From NCBI GenBank assembly GCA_050950765.1, contig JBMNIF010000001.1:320001-384000 (forward strand): a stretch of 64,000 bases of DNA, read 5' to 3'. Each line of letters begins with the position of its first letter. Position 1 is the stretch's first letter. Shown one piece after another: positions 1-10,366 of this stretch. The position numbers were made by a program, and so were the translations under genes. The notes under the pieces were generated by a model, which was not told the origin of the DNA, searched no databases, and worked only from the letters and a program-made list of their open reading frames with translations. The stretch is from Bdellovibrionota bacterium. GTDB taxonomy: Bacteria > Bdellovibrionota_C > UBA2361 > JAAYZI01.

Positions 1-659
1 ACTGGTTGTTGCAATTTTTTAGAGTAAATATAAAGCAAACTCGCCTGCGTTTCCCAAAAATGGTCTTTATTATATCCTCCTTTAGCAAGACTCGACTTTC
101 TCATAGATGTTCTAAGAAATGTAGAATCAATTAACAAAAAATCTTTTCCATGAATAAAACTCTTCATATATTCAGAACGAGCAAATTCATCTTTCCCAAT
201 CGATTGCAAAATATTCGGAATAGCTTTCTTATTAAGAAGAAAATTAAGTTTTTCACTCAACATACTGTTTTCAAAATCATCATTCATGCGTTTAATAGGA
301 GAGCAATGTTTGATCCTGCTGTATGACATCAGCAAAATAGCCTTCCACTTATCTGGAAAATAACACCGAAGTCTTTCAATAATTGTTTTTTGATTGAGGA
401 TAAATTGAGATAAACCATACTCTCTGCACTTAATATTCACAGCAGGTACAAGGCTTCTCTTCTCACTTGGTATAAAACCGTCCTCTTCTGTAATTCGTCC
501 AAGTAATTTACCAGTAACTTTCACGCTCCTTTTCCTCTCAGGGTCATACTTATAGCTGTAGCTATATAGGTAATATCTCCCATTGATAAGACGTACCTCT
601 TTTCCTTTCTCTCGATATTTTGTTGCCCAATCAGGGTGTATTTTTGCTTTCTTTCCCAT
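1..659 (-). CDS. DDE transposase, N-terminal part (runs off the window)
   Basis: Same sequence as the 5' part of ORF 43970..45385 (MGKKAKIHPDW...). Confidence 0.9.
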   Translation of the reverse strand, partial: MGKKAKIHPDWATKYREKGKEVRLINGRYYLYSYSYKYDPERKRSVKVTGKLLGRITEEDGFIPSEKRSLVPAVNIKCREYGLSQFILNQKTIIERLRCYFPDKWKAILLMSYSRIKHCSPIKRMNDDFENSMLSEKLNFLLNKKAIPNILQSIGKDEFARSEYMKSFIHGKDFLLIDSTFLRTSMRKSSLAKGGYNKDHFWETQASLLYIYSKKLQQP

Positions 660-783
660 ACCTAAATACGTATGTCAAAACAACAAAAAAGTCAACCCCC
701 TTTTTTGTTAATTTTTAAAAAATTTCTATAGGTTATAACAATATGTTACTTTATTGTTACGTAAATCAACAGAAAAGTTTGGG
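1..783 (-). mobile_element. IS1634/IS4-like insertion sequence, copy 1 (truncated by the window start)
   Basis: Bases 1-783 match 44727-45508 apart from a 1-nt indel near the terminus; ends in the terminal repeat ...AGAAAAGTTTGGG at 783. Confidence 0.9.
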
Positions 784-865
784 ATTTAAGTTATTAGGGG
801 TATTGGAGTTTTAGTTATAGAATTATATACTACCAAGCATACTGTTTTTTGTCTTATGAGGTTTG

Positions 866-2226
866 ATGCGTGGTCTTAATGCTTGGTTGGGAGTATCCTC
901 CCTATATAAGTGGCGGTTTAGGTACAGCTTGTGAAGGGCTTACTAAGGGGGCTGGCTCGTCTCGGCGTTGAGATTCTTTTTGTTGTTCCTAAGGTTTATG
1001 GGGGTGAAGATACTCCCCATATGTCACTTTTTGATTCATATCTTGGTCGTATCAGTGGGCCGGAACCGCACCGCATAAACTTAGATGAAGAGAAAGAAGA
1101 TCTTGATGATATTGATGATTTGATAGTGACACAGCGTGTGCCCGCTGCTTTGAAGCCGTATTGGACGCCGGATGATTTTAAAAGTTATATCGCAGCTTTG
1201 CATAAAACAAAACCTGCAGCACCACTAGAAGAAAAAGAGAAGAAAGCTAAAAAGAAAAAAAGGGGCAAGCCTGCTGGTGGAAAATATGGAAAAGATATCT
1301 TTCAAGAGGTGGCGCTTTATGCTGAAAATGTTTTAGCAACGTTACAAGAAGAAGAGTTCGATCTGATCCATGCTCATGATTGGATGACATATCCTGCCGG
1401 ACTAGCTTTAAAAAAAGCCACAGGTAGGCCTCTTGTGGTGCATGTTCATAGCTTAGAGTACGATCGGAGTGGTGCTAATGTTGATCCACGTATTTTTGCT
1501 ATTGAAAGGATGGGGATCAGGTCCGCAGATGGTGTAATCGCTGTCAGTAAATATACAAAATGGATCGTGCATCGTGAACACGGGGTGCCGTTAGATAAAA
1601 TTTTTGTGGTTTATAACGGGATCTATCCTAAAAAGGTCGTTGAATATTACAGGAAAGAGTCTGAACTGCAGAGAAAGGTGGTGCTCTTTTTAGGTAGAGT
1701 TACCTTTCAAAAAGGTCCTGAATATTTTGTTGAATTGGCAGCGCGTGTTGTGCCGCATGTGCCAGAGGTTCTCTTTGTCATGGCCGGTACGGGAGATCTA
1801 CTGACAAAGTTGATGGCAAAGGTAAATAGGTTGGGGCTGCAAAAACACTTTCATTTTGCTGGATTTTTAAAGGGAAAAGAGGTCGATCGGATGTTTTCTA
1901 TCGCTGACCTTTATATTATGCCGTCGGTTTCGGAGCCTTTTGGTATTTCAGCTTTAGAAGCTGTTAATTTTGATACACCGGCTATCATTTCAAAACAATC
2001 GGGGGTGGCAGAAGTTTTATCGCATGCTTTAAAGTTTGATTATTGGGACGTTGATACATTGGCGGATTATGTTGTAAACGGGTTGATTCATAAAGATTTA
2101 AGAGCGGATCTGGCTGTAAACTCTAAGCGTGAATTAAAAAAATTGCGTTGGGAAGCTTCTGCTAGAAGCGCTATCGAAGTTTATAATAAAGTTGCTCCGC
2201 ACGTTAAATTAGCGATCGGGGAATAA
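866..2226 (+). CDS. GT4 family glycosyltransferase (glycogen synthase-like); 5' end has apparent +1 frameshifts
   Basis: HAHDW and PSVSEPFGISALEA motifs in ORF 931..2226; the expected N-terminus LMLGWEYPPYISGGLGTACEGLTK is encoded upstream in another frame; adjacent to GH57. Confidence 0.85.
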
Positions 2227-2276
2227 GGTTTGCGGATAAAAATTAAGGGAATACTAACTGTATTTGGCGGGATTAG

Positions 2277-3512
2277 ATGTCTTCAGTTTGCTTTTATTTT
2301 CAAGTTCATCAACCGTATCGATTGCGGCGCTTCAGCTACTTCGATTCGTCAAGAGAACTGAACTATTTTGATGAAGAAGCAAACGCTATTGTATTTCGTA
2401 AGGTGGCTGAAAAGAGCTATCTGCCGACTAATAAAGTTTTGTTAGATCTAATAAAGCGTTTTCGAGGACGCTTTCGTTTTGCTTTTAGTTTGTCGGGTAT
2501 CGTTGTGGAGCAGATGCAGAGATATGCACCTGATGTTCTGGCAAGTTTTCAAGAATTAGTTGCTACCGGTTCAGTTGAAATTCTGGGGGAGACGTATCAC
2601 CACACTTTAGCATCGATCTATGATGAACATGAGTTTTGTGAACAGGTGATGCGTCACGATGAGTTGATGAAATTTATCTTTGGTGCAGAGCCTAAGGTCT
2701 TTCGTAATACAGAGTTGATTTATGATGATAGAATAGGGGAGATGGTTGCTTCCTTAAGGTATCGTGGCATTATCGCAGAGGGTGCGGATGATATCTTAAA
2801 TGGGAGAACACCTAATAAAGTTTATAAAAATCCCTATTCTGGTTTGCCAATTTTAGCGAAAAACTACGCACTTTCCGATGATATCGCCTTTAGGTTTTCT
2901 AACGTAAATTGGAAAGGATACCCGCTTACTCCTGAAAAATTCGCCTATTCTTTACACAGCGTTACAGATAGTGCTCATGTAGTTAATCTCTTCATGGATT
3001 ATGAAACTTTTGGAGAGCATCAGTGGAGTTCTAGCGGAATATTTTCTTTTTTAAATGAGATGCCGAGTGCGGTTTTAAGTGATAGACGGTGGAATTTTTT
3101 AACGCCGAGTGAGGTCATCAACTGTTATGCGCCTGTTGAAGCGCTTCCGTATAAACGTTTAACGTCGTGGGCTGATAAGAATAGAGATCTTTCAGCATGG
3201 TTAGGAAATAGGATACAACGTGCAGCGTTACAGGAGATAGTAGCTTTGGCGCCACATATAAGAAAAATTGATGATCCGCATATTACAACCGTTTGGAGAA
3301 GGCTTCAGACCTCTGATCATTTTTATTATATGTGTACCAGTGGCTCTGAAGATGGAGATGTTCACGCCTATTTTAGTCCGTATCAGAGCCCGTATGATGC
3401 TTTTATTCGTTATATGAATGTGCTTAAGGATTTTAAATGGTGGGTTTTTCAACGTTCAGCAGAGATGGGAGATGTTGATCAGAATCGAGGGGTGTTGAGA
3501 ATTCACTATTGA
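2277..3512 (+). CDS. Glycoside hydrolase family 57 (alpha-amylase-like)
   Basis: FQVHQP, ETYHH, FRNTELIY, DYETFGEHQW and LQTSDHFYYM motifs. Confidence 0.9.
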   Translation: MSSVCFYFQVHQPYRLRRFSYFDSSRELNYFDEEANAIVFRKVAEKSYLPTNKVLLDLIKRFRGRFRFAFSLSGIVVEQMQRYAPDVLASFQELVATGSVEILGETYHHTLASIYDEHEFCEQVMRHDELMKFIFGAEPKVFRNTELIYDDRIGEMVASLRYRGIIAEGADDILNGRTPNKVYKNPYSGLPILAKNYALSDDIAFRFSNVNWKGYPLTPEKFAYSLHSVTDSAHVVNLFMDYETFGEHQWSSSGIFSFLNEMPSAVLSDRRWNFLTPSEVINCYAPVEALPYKRLTSWADKNRDLSAWLGNRIQRAALQEIVALAPHIRKIDDPHITTVWRRLQTSDHFYYMCTSGSEDGDVHAYFSPYQSPYDAFIRYMNVLKDFKWWVFQRSAEMGDVDQNRGVLRIHY

Positions 3513-3530
3513 TTTTAATTTTTTGGTATT

Positions 3531-4148
3531 ATGCAGTTTTATTCGACATCAGTTCAAGAGGCGTTTGCCACATTAGGTTTAGGATCTGAAGCTTCTTTTG
3601 AAGAGGTAAAGAAGAGGTATCGTTCATTATTGAAAAAATATCATCCTGATAAGTTTGCTTTGGATGAAAAAAAAAGAAAGGCAGCGGAAGATAAAACCAT
3701 AGCTTTGAATAATGCTATGGACGATCTTGAAAACTATTTCAAGGACTCAAAGGCACAGCAATCTAGTCGAAGCTATGCTGGTAGCACCTCCTCAACTACT
3801 TCATATTCAGGTAATCGAGGGAGACAGAGAACGCAAAACGAGTACTCGGACGAAGGAGAGACTCGACGTGGCTCCTACGAGAATTATAGTTATAATATCT
3901 TTGAAGATGGTGGAAGCGCTTCTGGAAGACGGTATTACGGAAGAGCTAAAAATCCAGAAACGGCGTATGAAGAGTTTGAAGAGATAAGAAATCGAGAAAG
4001 ACAGTGGTGGGGACGGAGAGGATGCTTACATGCGCTCTTATTTGCTGAATACGGTTGTAATTGGTTTAGTAACTTAGTGATTAGAATAATCTATATTATT
4101 ATTACGTTTATCATATTGTATATACGATACCAGATCGATGAATGGTAA
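3531..4148 (+). CDS. DnaJ-domain protein with C-terminal hydrophobic anchor
   Basis: J-domain with KYHPDK; Ser/Arg-rich linker; C-terminal TM-like segment. Confidence 0.8.
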   Translation: MQFYSTSVQEAFATLGLGSEASFEEVKKRYRSLLKKYHPDKFALDEKKRKAAEDKTIALNNAMDDLENYFKDSKAQQSSRSYAGSTSSTTSYSGNRGRQRTQNEYSDEGETRRGSYENYSYNIFEDGGSASGRRYYGRAKNPETAYEEFEEIRNRERQWWGRRGCLHALLFAEYGCNWFSNLVIRIIYIIITFIILYIRYQIDEW

Positions 4149-4320
4149 ATTTTTAACCTCCGTAGAAATCTAGCTGATTCATTTTTTAGTATCAGCCCGC
4201 TTAATTGTTCCTAGTGGGTAGTAACAAATTTTTAACCTTCGTGAAGACCTAGCTGATCCTGTTTTTAGTTGCAGCCCGCTCTGTCGTTCCTAGTGGGTTA
4301 CAGTAAAATGTCGAACTATC
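4147..4320 (+). repeat. Modular GGGTGGCACCA repeat cluster R1 (degenerate; two A modules)
   Basis: AAATTTTTAACCTxCGT...CTAGCTGAT...CAGCCCG...CCTAGTGGGT occurs twice; matches modules at 7240-8270. Confidence 0.75.
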
Positions 4321-4509
4321 TGCAATAATAAAGCATAGATATATAAAAAGTTCATTTTATCTTTAATATCGCTTTTATTCGAGAATTTTTACCTGCGAAA
4401 AATATAAGCTACTCCTCAATATTTACAAAAATTATGAAAATGGTGTGTTTTTATAAGTATCAAATAAGTGTAAAATAACCATTGGCATATAATTTGGAGA
4501 GATAATCAG

Positions 4510-5769
4510 ATGCTTTTACAGTTTTCCGTTTCAAATTTTAAGTCTATTAAGGAAGAAAGCTACTTTACAGCTATCGCTAATAATGAAAAAGAACACGAGA
4601 ATAATTTGATTAAATATAATAAAACTAGAGTGCTTCCTACACTTGGGTTTTATGGTGCTAACGCATCTGGTAAAAGTAATATCTTTATAGCTATGGAAGT
4701 AGCTATTTCATTCGTTAGAAACTCTCATCTATATCAAGTTAGCGATGAAATTCCACTCTTCCCATTTTCTTTTGATGATAAATATAAAAAAGGTAAAACT
4801 AAAATAGACTTTATATTTGTACATAATAATAAAAAATATGCTTACGGCTTTGTCGCAAATAAAAATAAAGTTTATGAAGAATATTTATATGAATATAAGT
4901 CTTCAAAACCTAGTAAAATATTTGAAAGAACTGATGTTAATAAATATAGCTTCCCTAGAAATCATAGTAAATTAAACGATTATACTAATAAAAATACCGA
5001 TAATAAATTATTTTTAAACACTGCAACTGCTTGGAACGCTGAAGCAACAAAAGATGCGTTTTTGTGGTTTAACGAGATTCAAGTTTTTGGAAAACATCCT
5101 TTTTATTCCGAAAAAAATAGACACACATCTTTAAATTATCTAAGTGAATATAAAAATGATTTAAAGTTTAGAAGCTTTATAAAATCGTTATTACATGAAG
5201 CAGATATTGGAATTGTCGATTACGATGTGCAAAGTGAATTTTACGAGGTTCCATTTTTAGATATTAGCGAAATGGGAGTATCAGTAAAATCACGCAAAGA
5301 GAAAAGAATAAATACGATACATAAAATAAAAAATAGTAAAAGTGGTAAGTATGAACAAAAATATTTAGAGCTTATAGACGAATCGGAAGGAACCCAATTA
5401 TTAATTCTTTATGGACCTTTAATATGGGAGACATTAACTAAAGGTAGGACGATATTGATAGATGAAATAGATAACAGTTTACATATAAGCTTAGCTAAAT
5501 ATTTAATAGAACTCTTCAATAATAAAGAGATAAATAGAAATGGAGCGCAACTAATATTTATTACTCATGATACTAATTTACTAGACTTAGATATCTTTAG
5601 AAAAGACCAGATATATTTTGTTGAGAAAGATGGAGATACTGGGGCGTCTCAAATATATTCCCTAGCAGAGTTTAATTTTGACATGACAAAACCTATAGAT
5701 ATAAGGAAATGTTATTTACACGGACGATTTGGTGCAATGCCATTTATAGGAGAAGGAGTTAAGTGGTAA
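4510..5769 (+). CDS. RloA/AbiLi-like AAA (AAA_21-type) ATPase
   Basis: Walker A GANASGKS, ESEGT signature, Walker B ILIDEID, IFITHD, C-terminal YLHGRFGA; very AT-rich. Confidence 0.85.
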   Translation: MLLQFSVSNFKSIKEESYFTAIANNEKEHENNLIKYNKTRVLPTLGFYGANASGKSNIFIAMEVAISFVRNSHLYQVSDEIPLFPFSFDDKYKKGKTKIDFIFVHNNKKYAYGFVANKNKVYEEYLYEYKSSKPSKIFERTDVNKYSFPRNHSKLNDYTNKNTDNKLFLNTATAWNAEATKDAFLWFNEIQVFGKHPFYSEKNRHTSLNYLSEYKNDLKFRSFIKSLLHEADIGIVDYDVQSEFYEVPFLDISEMGVSVKSRKEKRINTIHKIKNSKSGKYEQKYLELIDESEGTQLLILYGPLIWETLTKGRTILIDEIDNSLHISLAKYLIELFNNKEINRNGAQLIFITHDTNLLDLDIFRKDQIYFVEKDGDTGASQIYSLAEFNFDMTKPIDIRKCYLHGRFGAMPFIGEGVKW

Positions 5770-6410
5770 GGAAAATAAATATAAAAGAGAGAATAAAGAA
5801 GGTTGCCAATCGTGAAGTTCATAAAATTATAATCGTAGGTGGTGAAGGAAAATATCAGTCTGAAAGATGTTATTTAAAAGAGTTAGGGAAACGATATAGA
5901 TTAAGAATTGTTTTTGCAGAAGGAAATGATACAGACCCTGAAAAAATAGTTAAAAATACTATAAGTAAGGTAGATGAAAAAGTAAAAGAAATAAAATTTG
6001 ATAAAGATAAAGAGCTTGCAGTCAGTGTTTTTGATATAGATCTTAAAGAAGAAAAAGAAGAGCAATTAGCAAAGGCTAAAAAACTTGCAAAGAAAAATAA
6101 TATTGAGTTAATAACCTCTAATCCCTGTTTTGAAGTTTGGTATCTTTTGCATTTTAAATATTCAACTAAGCCTTTTAAATCTTCTAAAGAAGTCGTAGAT
6201 GAACTTAAAAAGTTTGATAAATACTATAAAAAAGGTAAGTGTGATTTTGCCATATATGAAAAGGAAATGGATAAGGCTATTAATAATTGTAAAGAATTAG
6301 ATAAACATCATAGGGGGAAAGCATCAGAACGAGTTAAAGAATTTAATAATCCTCAGACGGAAATGTATAAATTAGTCGAAGAGCTTATTAAAGAAGCTAG
6401 TGTGCAATAG
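5763..6410 (+). CDS. rloB: RloB family protein (AbiLii-like)
   Basis: GEG..SE..Y, VFDID, SNPCFEVWYLLHF and NP.T motifs; overlaps the ATPase stop. Confidence 0.85.
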   Translation: MVRKINIKERIKKVANREVHKIIIVGGEGKYQSERCYLKELGKRYRLRIVFAEGNDTDPEKIVKNTISKVDEKVKEIKFDKDKELAVSVFDIDLKEEKEEQLAKAKKLAKKNNIELITSNPCFEVWYLLHFKYSTKPFKSSKEVVDELKKFDKYYKKGKCDFAIYEKEMDKAINNCKELDKHHRGKASERVKEFNNPQTEMYKLVEELIKEASVQ

Positions 6411-6460
6411 CTCTTAGAATATAGCCAAAAAACTAAACTAAACTAAATTTAATATCGTCG

Positions 6461-6648
6461 TCAATTAGGACACCCACTTTTTACCCCGTCAAGATCTAGC
6501 CGATCCGCTTTGCAGTTGCAGCCCGTTCGGTTGTCCCTAGTGGGTGGCAGCAAATTTTTGACCTTCGTCCAGATCTAGCTGATTCATTTTTTAGTATCAG
6601 CCCGCTCGGTCGTTCCTAGTGGGTGGCAGTAGGTGTCTCGGATCCAAC
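6461..6648 (+). repeat. Modular repeat cluster R2
   Basis: CAATTAGGACACCCACTTTT plus two A modules ending CCTAGTGGGTGGCAG. Confidence 0.8.
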
Positions 6649-6649
6649 C

Positions 6650-7171
6650 TTAACTAACAGCAACTTCTTTGTTTCCATTTATATTTTTAATGTATGCGAA
6701 TGCAGAAGTTAAAAAAGTTGATACATCCGTTATGAAAGCTGGATAAGCTTTGATATGAAAATCGAAGATACCCCAGAGAAAGACGCTGAGCATTAAAACA
6801 GCTCTCATATTTTGGACAGACTTTACGTAATAAGTTAAAATAATGAGCGACACTGAAGCGATTATGGGAAGAATGCCAATCCAAGAATTTTTATTAAAAT
6901 AAAGGCCAAATAATATGATAACTATGCATATAGCGAATGTTATAGTTTTAGTTAATTTACCCGTTACTTCTAAAATATGCCTAATTGCCATAGATGAATT
7001 AGCAATAAATCCTGAATAGCCACCTAAAACAAGGTTAGAGAGTGCACAGAACGTGCAAGTTAAAGATATTAGCGTGATCATTTTTTTCTTGTTTTTACTA
7101 AATATAGAAAAAAGAAGAAAAGTAGCACCAGTAAAAGATAAAACCTGACCTAATAGAAATAACTTGTTCAT
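6650..7171 (-). CDS. YgjV-family inner membrane protein
   Basis: 173 aa, highly hydrophobic; LGGYSG and LWGIFD..IKAY pattern typical of YgjV-like proteins. Confidence 0.65.
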   Translation of the reverse strand: MNKLFLLGQVLSFTGATFLLFSIFSKNKKKMITLISLTCTFCALSNLVLGGYSGFIANSSMAIRHILEVTGKLTKTITFAICIVIILFGLYFNKNSWIGILPIIASVSLIILTYYVKSVQNMRAVLMLSVFLWGIFDFHIKAYPAFITDVSTFLTSAFAYIKNINGNKEVAVS

Positions 7172-7242
7172 AACTTAAATAGCCCTTAATAAAAAATAAT
7201 GTATAGCTTAATATAAATGATTTTTTAAAAATAGAGAGGGAT

Positions 7243-8268
7243 CGTCCCTAAAGGGTAGTACCAAATTTTTGACCTAATTAGGACACCCACTTTTACTGGT
7301 GGGTGGCACCAAATTTTTAACCCCCGTAGAGACCTAGCCGATTCGGTTTTTAGTTGCAGCCCGTCCAACCGTCCCTAAAGGGTGGCACCAGATCCAAGCT
7401 TCGTTTCACCGCTCCGCTGCCAATTAGGACACCCACTTTTACTGGTGGGTGGCACCAACGCCCTAAAGGGTGGCACCAAAACTGCCGAATTCTAGCTTTT
7501 GCTAACGTCTTGATATTATTGAATGTTGCGATTTTGAAGTTTGGATGTCCTATTTGCAGAACGTCTGCGACGCTAGTGGGTGGCACCAACGACAGCCCCC
7601 GACAAAGAAGGGTGGCACCAAAACTGTCGAATTCTAGCTTTTGCTAACGTCTTGATATTATTGAATGTTGCGATTTTGAAGTTTGGATGTCCTATTTGCA
7701 GAACGTCTGCGACGCTAAAGGGTGGCACCAAATTTTTAACCCCCGTAGAGACCTAACCAATTTGTTTTTTAGTTACAGCCCGTTCGGCTGTCCCTAGTGG
7801 GTTCAACCGTCCCTAAAGGGTGGCACCAAAACTGTCGAATTCTAGCTTTTGCTAACGTCTTGATATTATTGAATATTGCGATTTTGAAGTTTGGATGTCC
7901 TATTTGCAGAACGTCTGCGACGCTAAAGGGTGGCACCAAATTTTTAACCTCCGTAGAGACCTAGCCGATTCGGTTTTTAGTTGCAGCCCGTCCAACCGTC
8001 CCTAAAGGGTGGCACCAGATCCAAGCTTCGTTTCACCGCTCCGCTGCCAATTAGGACACCCACTTTTACTGGTGGGTGGCACCAAATTTTTACCCACAAA
8101 GACAAAGAAGGGTGGCACCAAATTTCCCCCGACAAAGAAGGGTGGCACCAGATCCAAGCCCAGCCAAATCTGCCTAAAGTGGTGGGTGGCACCAAATTTT
8201 TAACCCCCCCTAGAGACCTAGCCGATTCGGTTTTTAGTTGCACCCCGTTCGGCTGTCCCTAGTGGGTG
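7243..8268 (+). repeat. Modular repeat cluster R3 (about 14 GGGTGGCACCA cores with shuffled modules)
   Basis: Cores are separated by recurring modules: A (AATTTTTAACC..CGTAGAGACCTAGCCGATTCGG..GCAGCCCG), B (..CCAATTAGGACACCCACTTTTACT), C (..GAATTCTAGCTTTTGCTAACGTCTTGATATTATTG..) and short D (..GACAAAGAA). Confidence 0.9.
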
Positions 8269-8277
8269 TTGGCAAAA

Positions 8278-9384
8278 TCAATCTTGTGGTGGCTGCTGCG
8301 GCGAGTCCTGTTTTGGCTCGCTCCACTCAACAAAGACGGTGCTGGCTACCGCTAAAAGGGCTGGACCTAAAAATACCCCTAACACCCCAAAAGAGAGGGC
8401 ACCACCCATAACGCCAAGTAGAACCAAAATCAGAGACATCTTACTACCTTTACTGATAATATATGGTTTTAGAAAGTTATCGACAGAGCTAACTATCAGG
8501 AGCCCCCATAAGATCATAAAAACGCCGCTCCAGATCTGACTATGATAGAAAAGCCAAACTGCGACGCTACCCCAGACTAAGGGGGGACCTACTGGGATAG
8601 GAGAAAATATACAGACTAAAAGCCCTAGCAATGCAGCATTCGGTACACCGAAGATCCAAAATCCGATACCAGCCAATAAGCCTTGAGCTAAAGCAGTTCC
8701 GATAATGCCATAAACAACGCTACGTAAAGTTGATCCTGCCACAAAGAGTAGTTGCCTTGATTTTTCACCTGCTATCTTGGAAACAGCAGATTGTAACCTC
8801 GTAAAAAAAAGTTCGCCGTCACGGTACATAAAAAAAGTTAAAAAGATACTAAGCAACACATAAAATATAGCTTCCCCCGCATAGCTCGTGCCAGCTAATA
8901 AAAAATCTCTACCATAGATAGCTACTTGCTTAAGTATTGATAATAGATAAGGACGACTTCCCGCTAACTCTTGCCACTGTGCATCAAGCCAAGCGCCGAC
9001 AAGGGGAGTTTCTTCAAGCCATGTTGGTGGTGGCGGAAGTCCTTTATCTAAAATCTCCATAGTGGCGCTATAAGCGGATTTGACGTTATCTGCTAATGAC
9101 CAACCAGCGATAACAATCGGTACCACCATTAATATCAGATAACAGGAGATAAGAATTATAGCTGCTAATTGTTTACGATTACCGAGATGATCACATAGCC
9201 AAACAAAAACAGGCCAAGTAACAAGTGCTAAAATAAGTGCCCACAAAATAGCAGCTAAAAACGGCTTAAGAACTAAAAACGTTCCGATAAATAAAGCTGC
9301 AGCCATTACTATTAAAGCGATCTGTTCAAGTCTCTTTGAGGTGCTGACCATAGTAAGATTTTCCCGAAAGGCGTTGATATACAA
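8278..9384 (-). CDS. AI-2E family transporter (YdiK/PerM-like); start probably ATG at 9351
   Basis: Multi-TM protein with SVDNFLKP and GVLGVFLGP motifs. Confidence 0.88.
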   Translation of the reverse strand: MYINAFRENLTMVSTSKRLEQIALIVMAAALFIGTFLVLKPFLAAILWALILALVTWPVFVWLCDHLGNRKQLAAIILISCYLILMVVPIVIAGWSLADNVKSAYSATMEILDKGLPPPPTWLEETPLVGAWLDAQWQELAGSRPYLLSILKQVAIYGRDFLLAGTSYAGEAIFYVLLSIFLTFFMYRDGELFFTRLQSAVSKIAGEKSRQLLFVAGSTLRSVVYGIIGTALAQGLLAGIGFWIFGVPNAALLGLLVCIFSPIPVGPPLVWGSVAVWLFYHSQIWSGVFMILWGLLIVSSVDNFLKPYIISKGSKMSLILVLLGVMGGALSFGVLGVFLGPALLAVASTVFVEWSEPKQDSPQQPPQD

Positions 9385-9589
9385 AGAGGCAGCGCAACAA
9401 TTTTTTTGATGCTCTCCCCTTTTAAATTACTTTTGCTGTACTTTAAAGTGTTAAAGGTATTTTAACAATGATCAGTATAACGAAAGGGGATGTGAAGTTA
9501 AAAAAATCCCCCCAATAAAAAGATAATTGGCTTATTGGATCTCCTGATTGCCTGATTGAAAGGAGAGATAGGGGGTAGAGATCTTAAAT

Positions 9590-9769
9590 TTAGTTCCAGA
9601 TGACATCGGCGGGTATTTTTTGGGTTTCAGGATCTTGTGCCAAATCTTGACACATATTATCAATCATATTGAAAGCACGAGCCAGAATCTCCATATCTTC
9701 TATGGCTAATTCTATCATTTCAAAAGTTTCTTCTTTTTGAATGGAGTCTCTTCTTTCTTTTTTGTCCAT
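9590..9769 (-). CDS. Small acidic hypothetical protein (59 aa, below the ORF-track cutoff)
   Basis: Hand translation MDKKERRDSIQKEETFEMIELAIEDMEILARAFNMIDNMCQDLAQDPETQKIPADVIWN*; AAGG upstream. Confidence 0.45.
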   Translation of the reverse strand: MDKKERRDSIQKEETFEMIELAIEDMEILARAFNMIDNMCQDLAQDPETQKIPADVIWN

Positions 9770-10097
9770 ATAAAAACCTTAAAATATAAGTGCCTGCAAA
9801 AACCTTTTAAGTATGTAGGACAGAAGATGTACTACTACTTAAAATCTCAAAGGTTAAATCGGGTAGATAACCTTGCTCCTCTGATACCTGCAGAGGGCTT
9901 ATTTTATGCAGAATTTACTTTTGCATATTTCAGACCATATGTTATGTCGGTAAAATATTAGATGTGCTTTAGTAAAAATGACCATTTTTATTATAAAGAT
10001 TTCAAGGGCTTAAGATAATAAGAAGATGAGGTAGATCTAAATGCTACATAGTCAATGAAGTGACGAAATAAAAATAAGTAGTTGACTCTTTGACAGT

Positions 10098-10297
10098 AGG
10101 AAAAAATTGCATTGGATCTGGCGTGTACATTTAATACGGTGAGACATTAAAGATAAGTAGTGAGCTTTTTAACGGTGAGGAAAAAATTGCATTGGAACTG
10201 GCGTGTACATTTAATAAGGTGAGACATTAAAGATAAGTAGTGAGCTATTTAACGGTGAGGAAAAAAGTGCATTAGATCTGGTGTTGTGCATTCAATA
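10098..10297. repeat. Tandem repeat, ~80 bp unit x ~2.5
   Basis: AGGAAAAAA(A)TTGCATT..CTGGCGTGTACATTTAAT.GGTGAGACATTAAAGATAAGTAGTGAGCT recurs at ~10098, ~10178 and ~10258. Confidence 0.85.
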
Positions 10298-10366
10298 CAG
10301 AGAGGTAAAAAGTGTCTGTGCATCCTCTCTTCTGTATGTTTTGCGGGGTAGCATATAACGTGAAAC

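Noticed and set aside
7350..8262. ORFs 7350..7589, 7354..7647, 7977..8243, 7981..8262, 8009..8203 (also 46783..47100, 55600..55803, 56441..56698)
   Set aside because: These are translations of the non-coding modular repeats (recurring WCHP/GGT/VPP in all frames), with no consistent frame between copies.
7243..8268. CRISPR array interpretation of the GGGTGGCACCA clusters
   Set aside because: The core is only ~11-14 bp, the spacers vary from ~10 to ~100 bp and recur, and there are no cas genes in the window.
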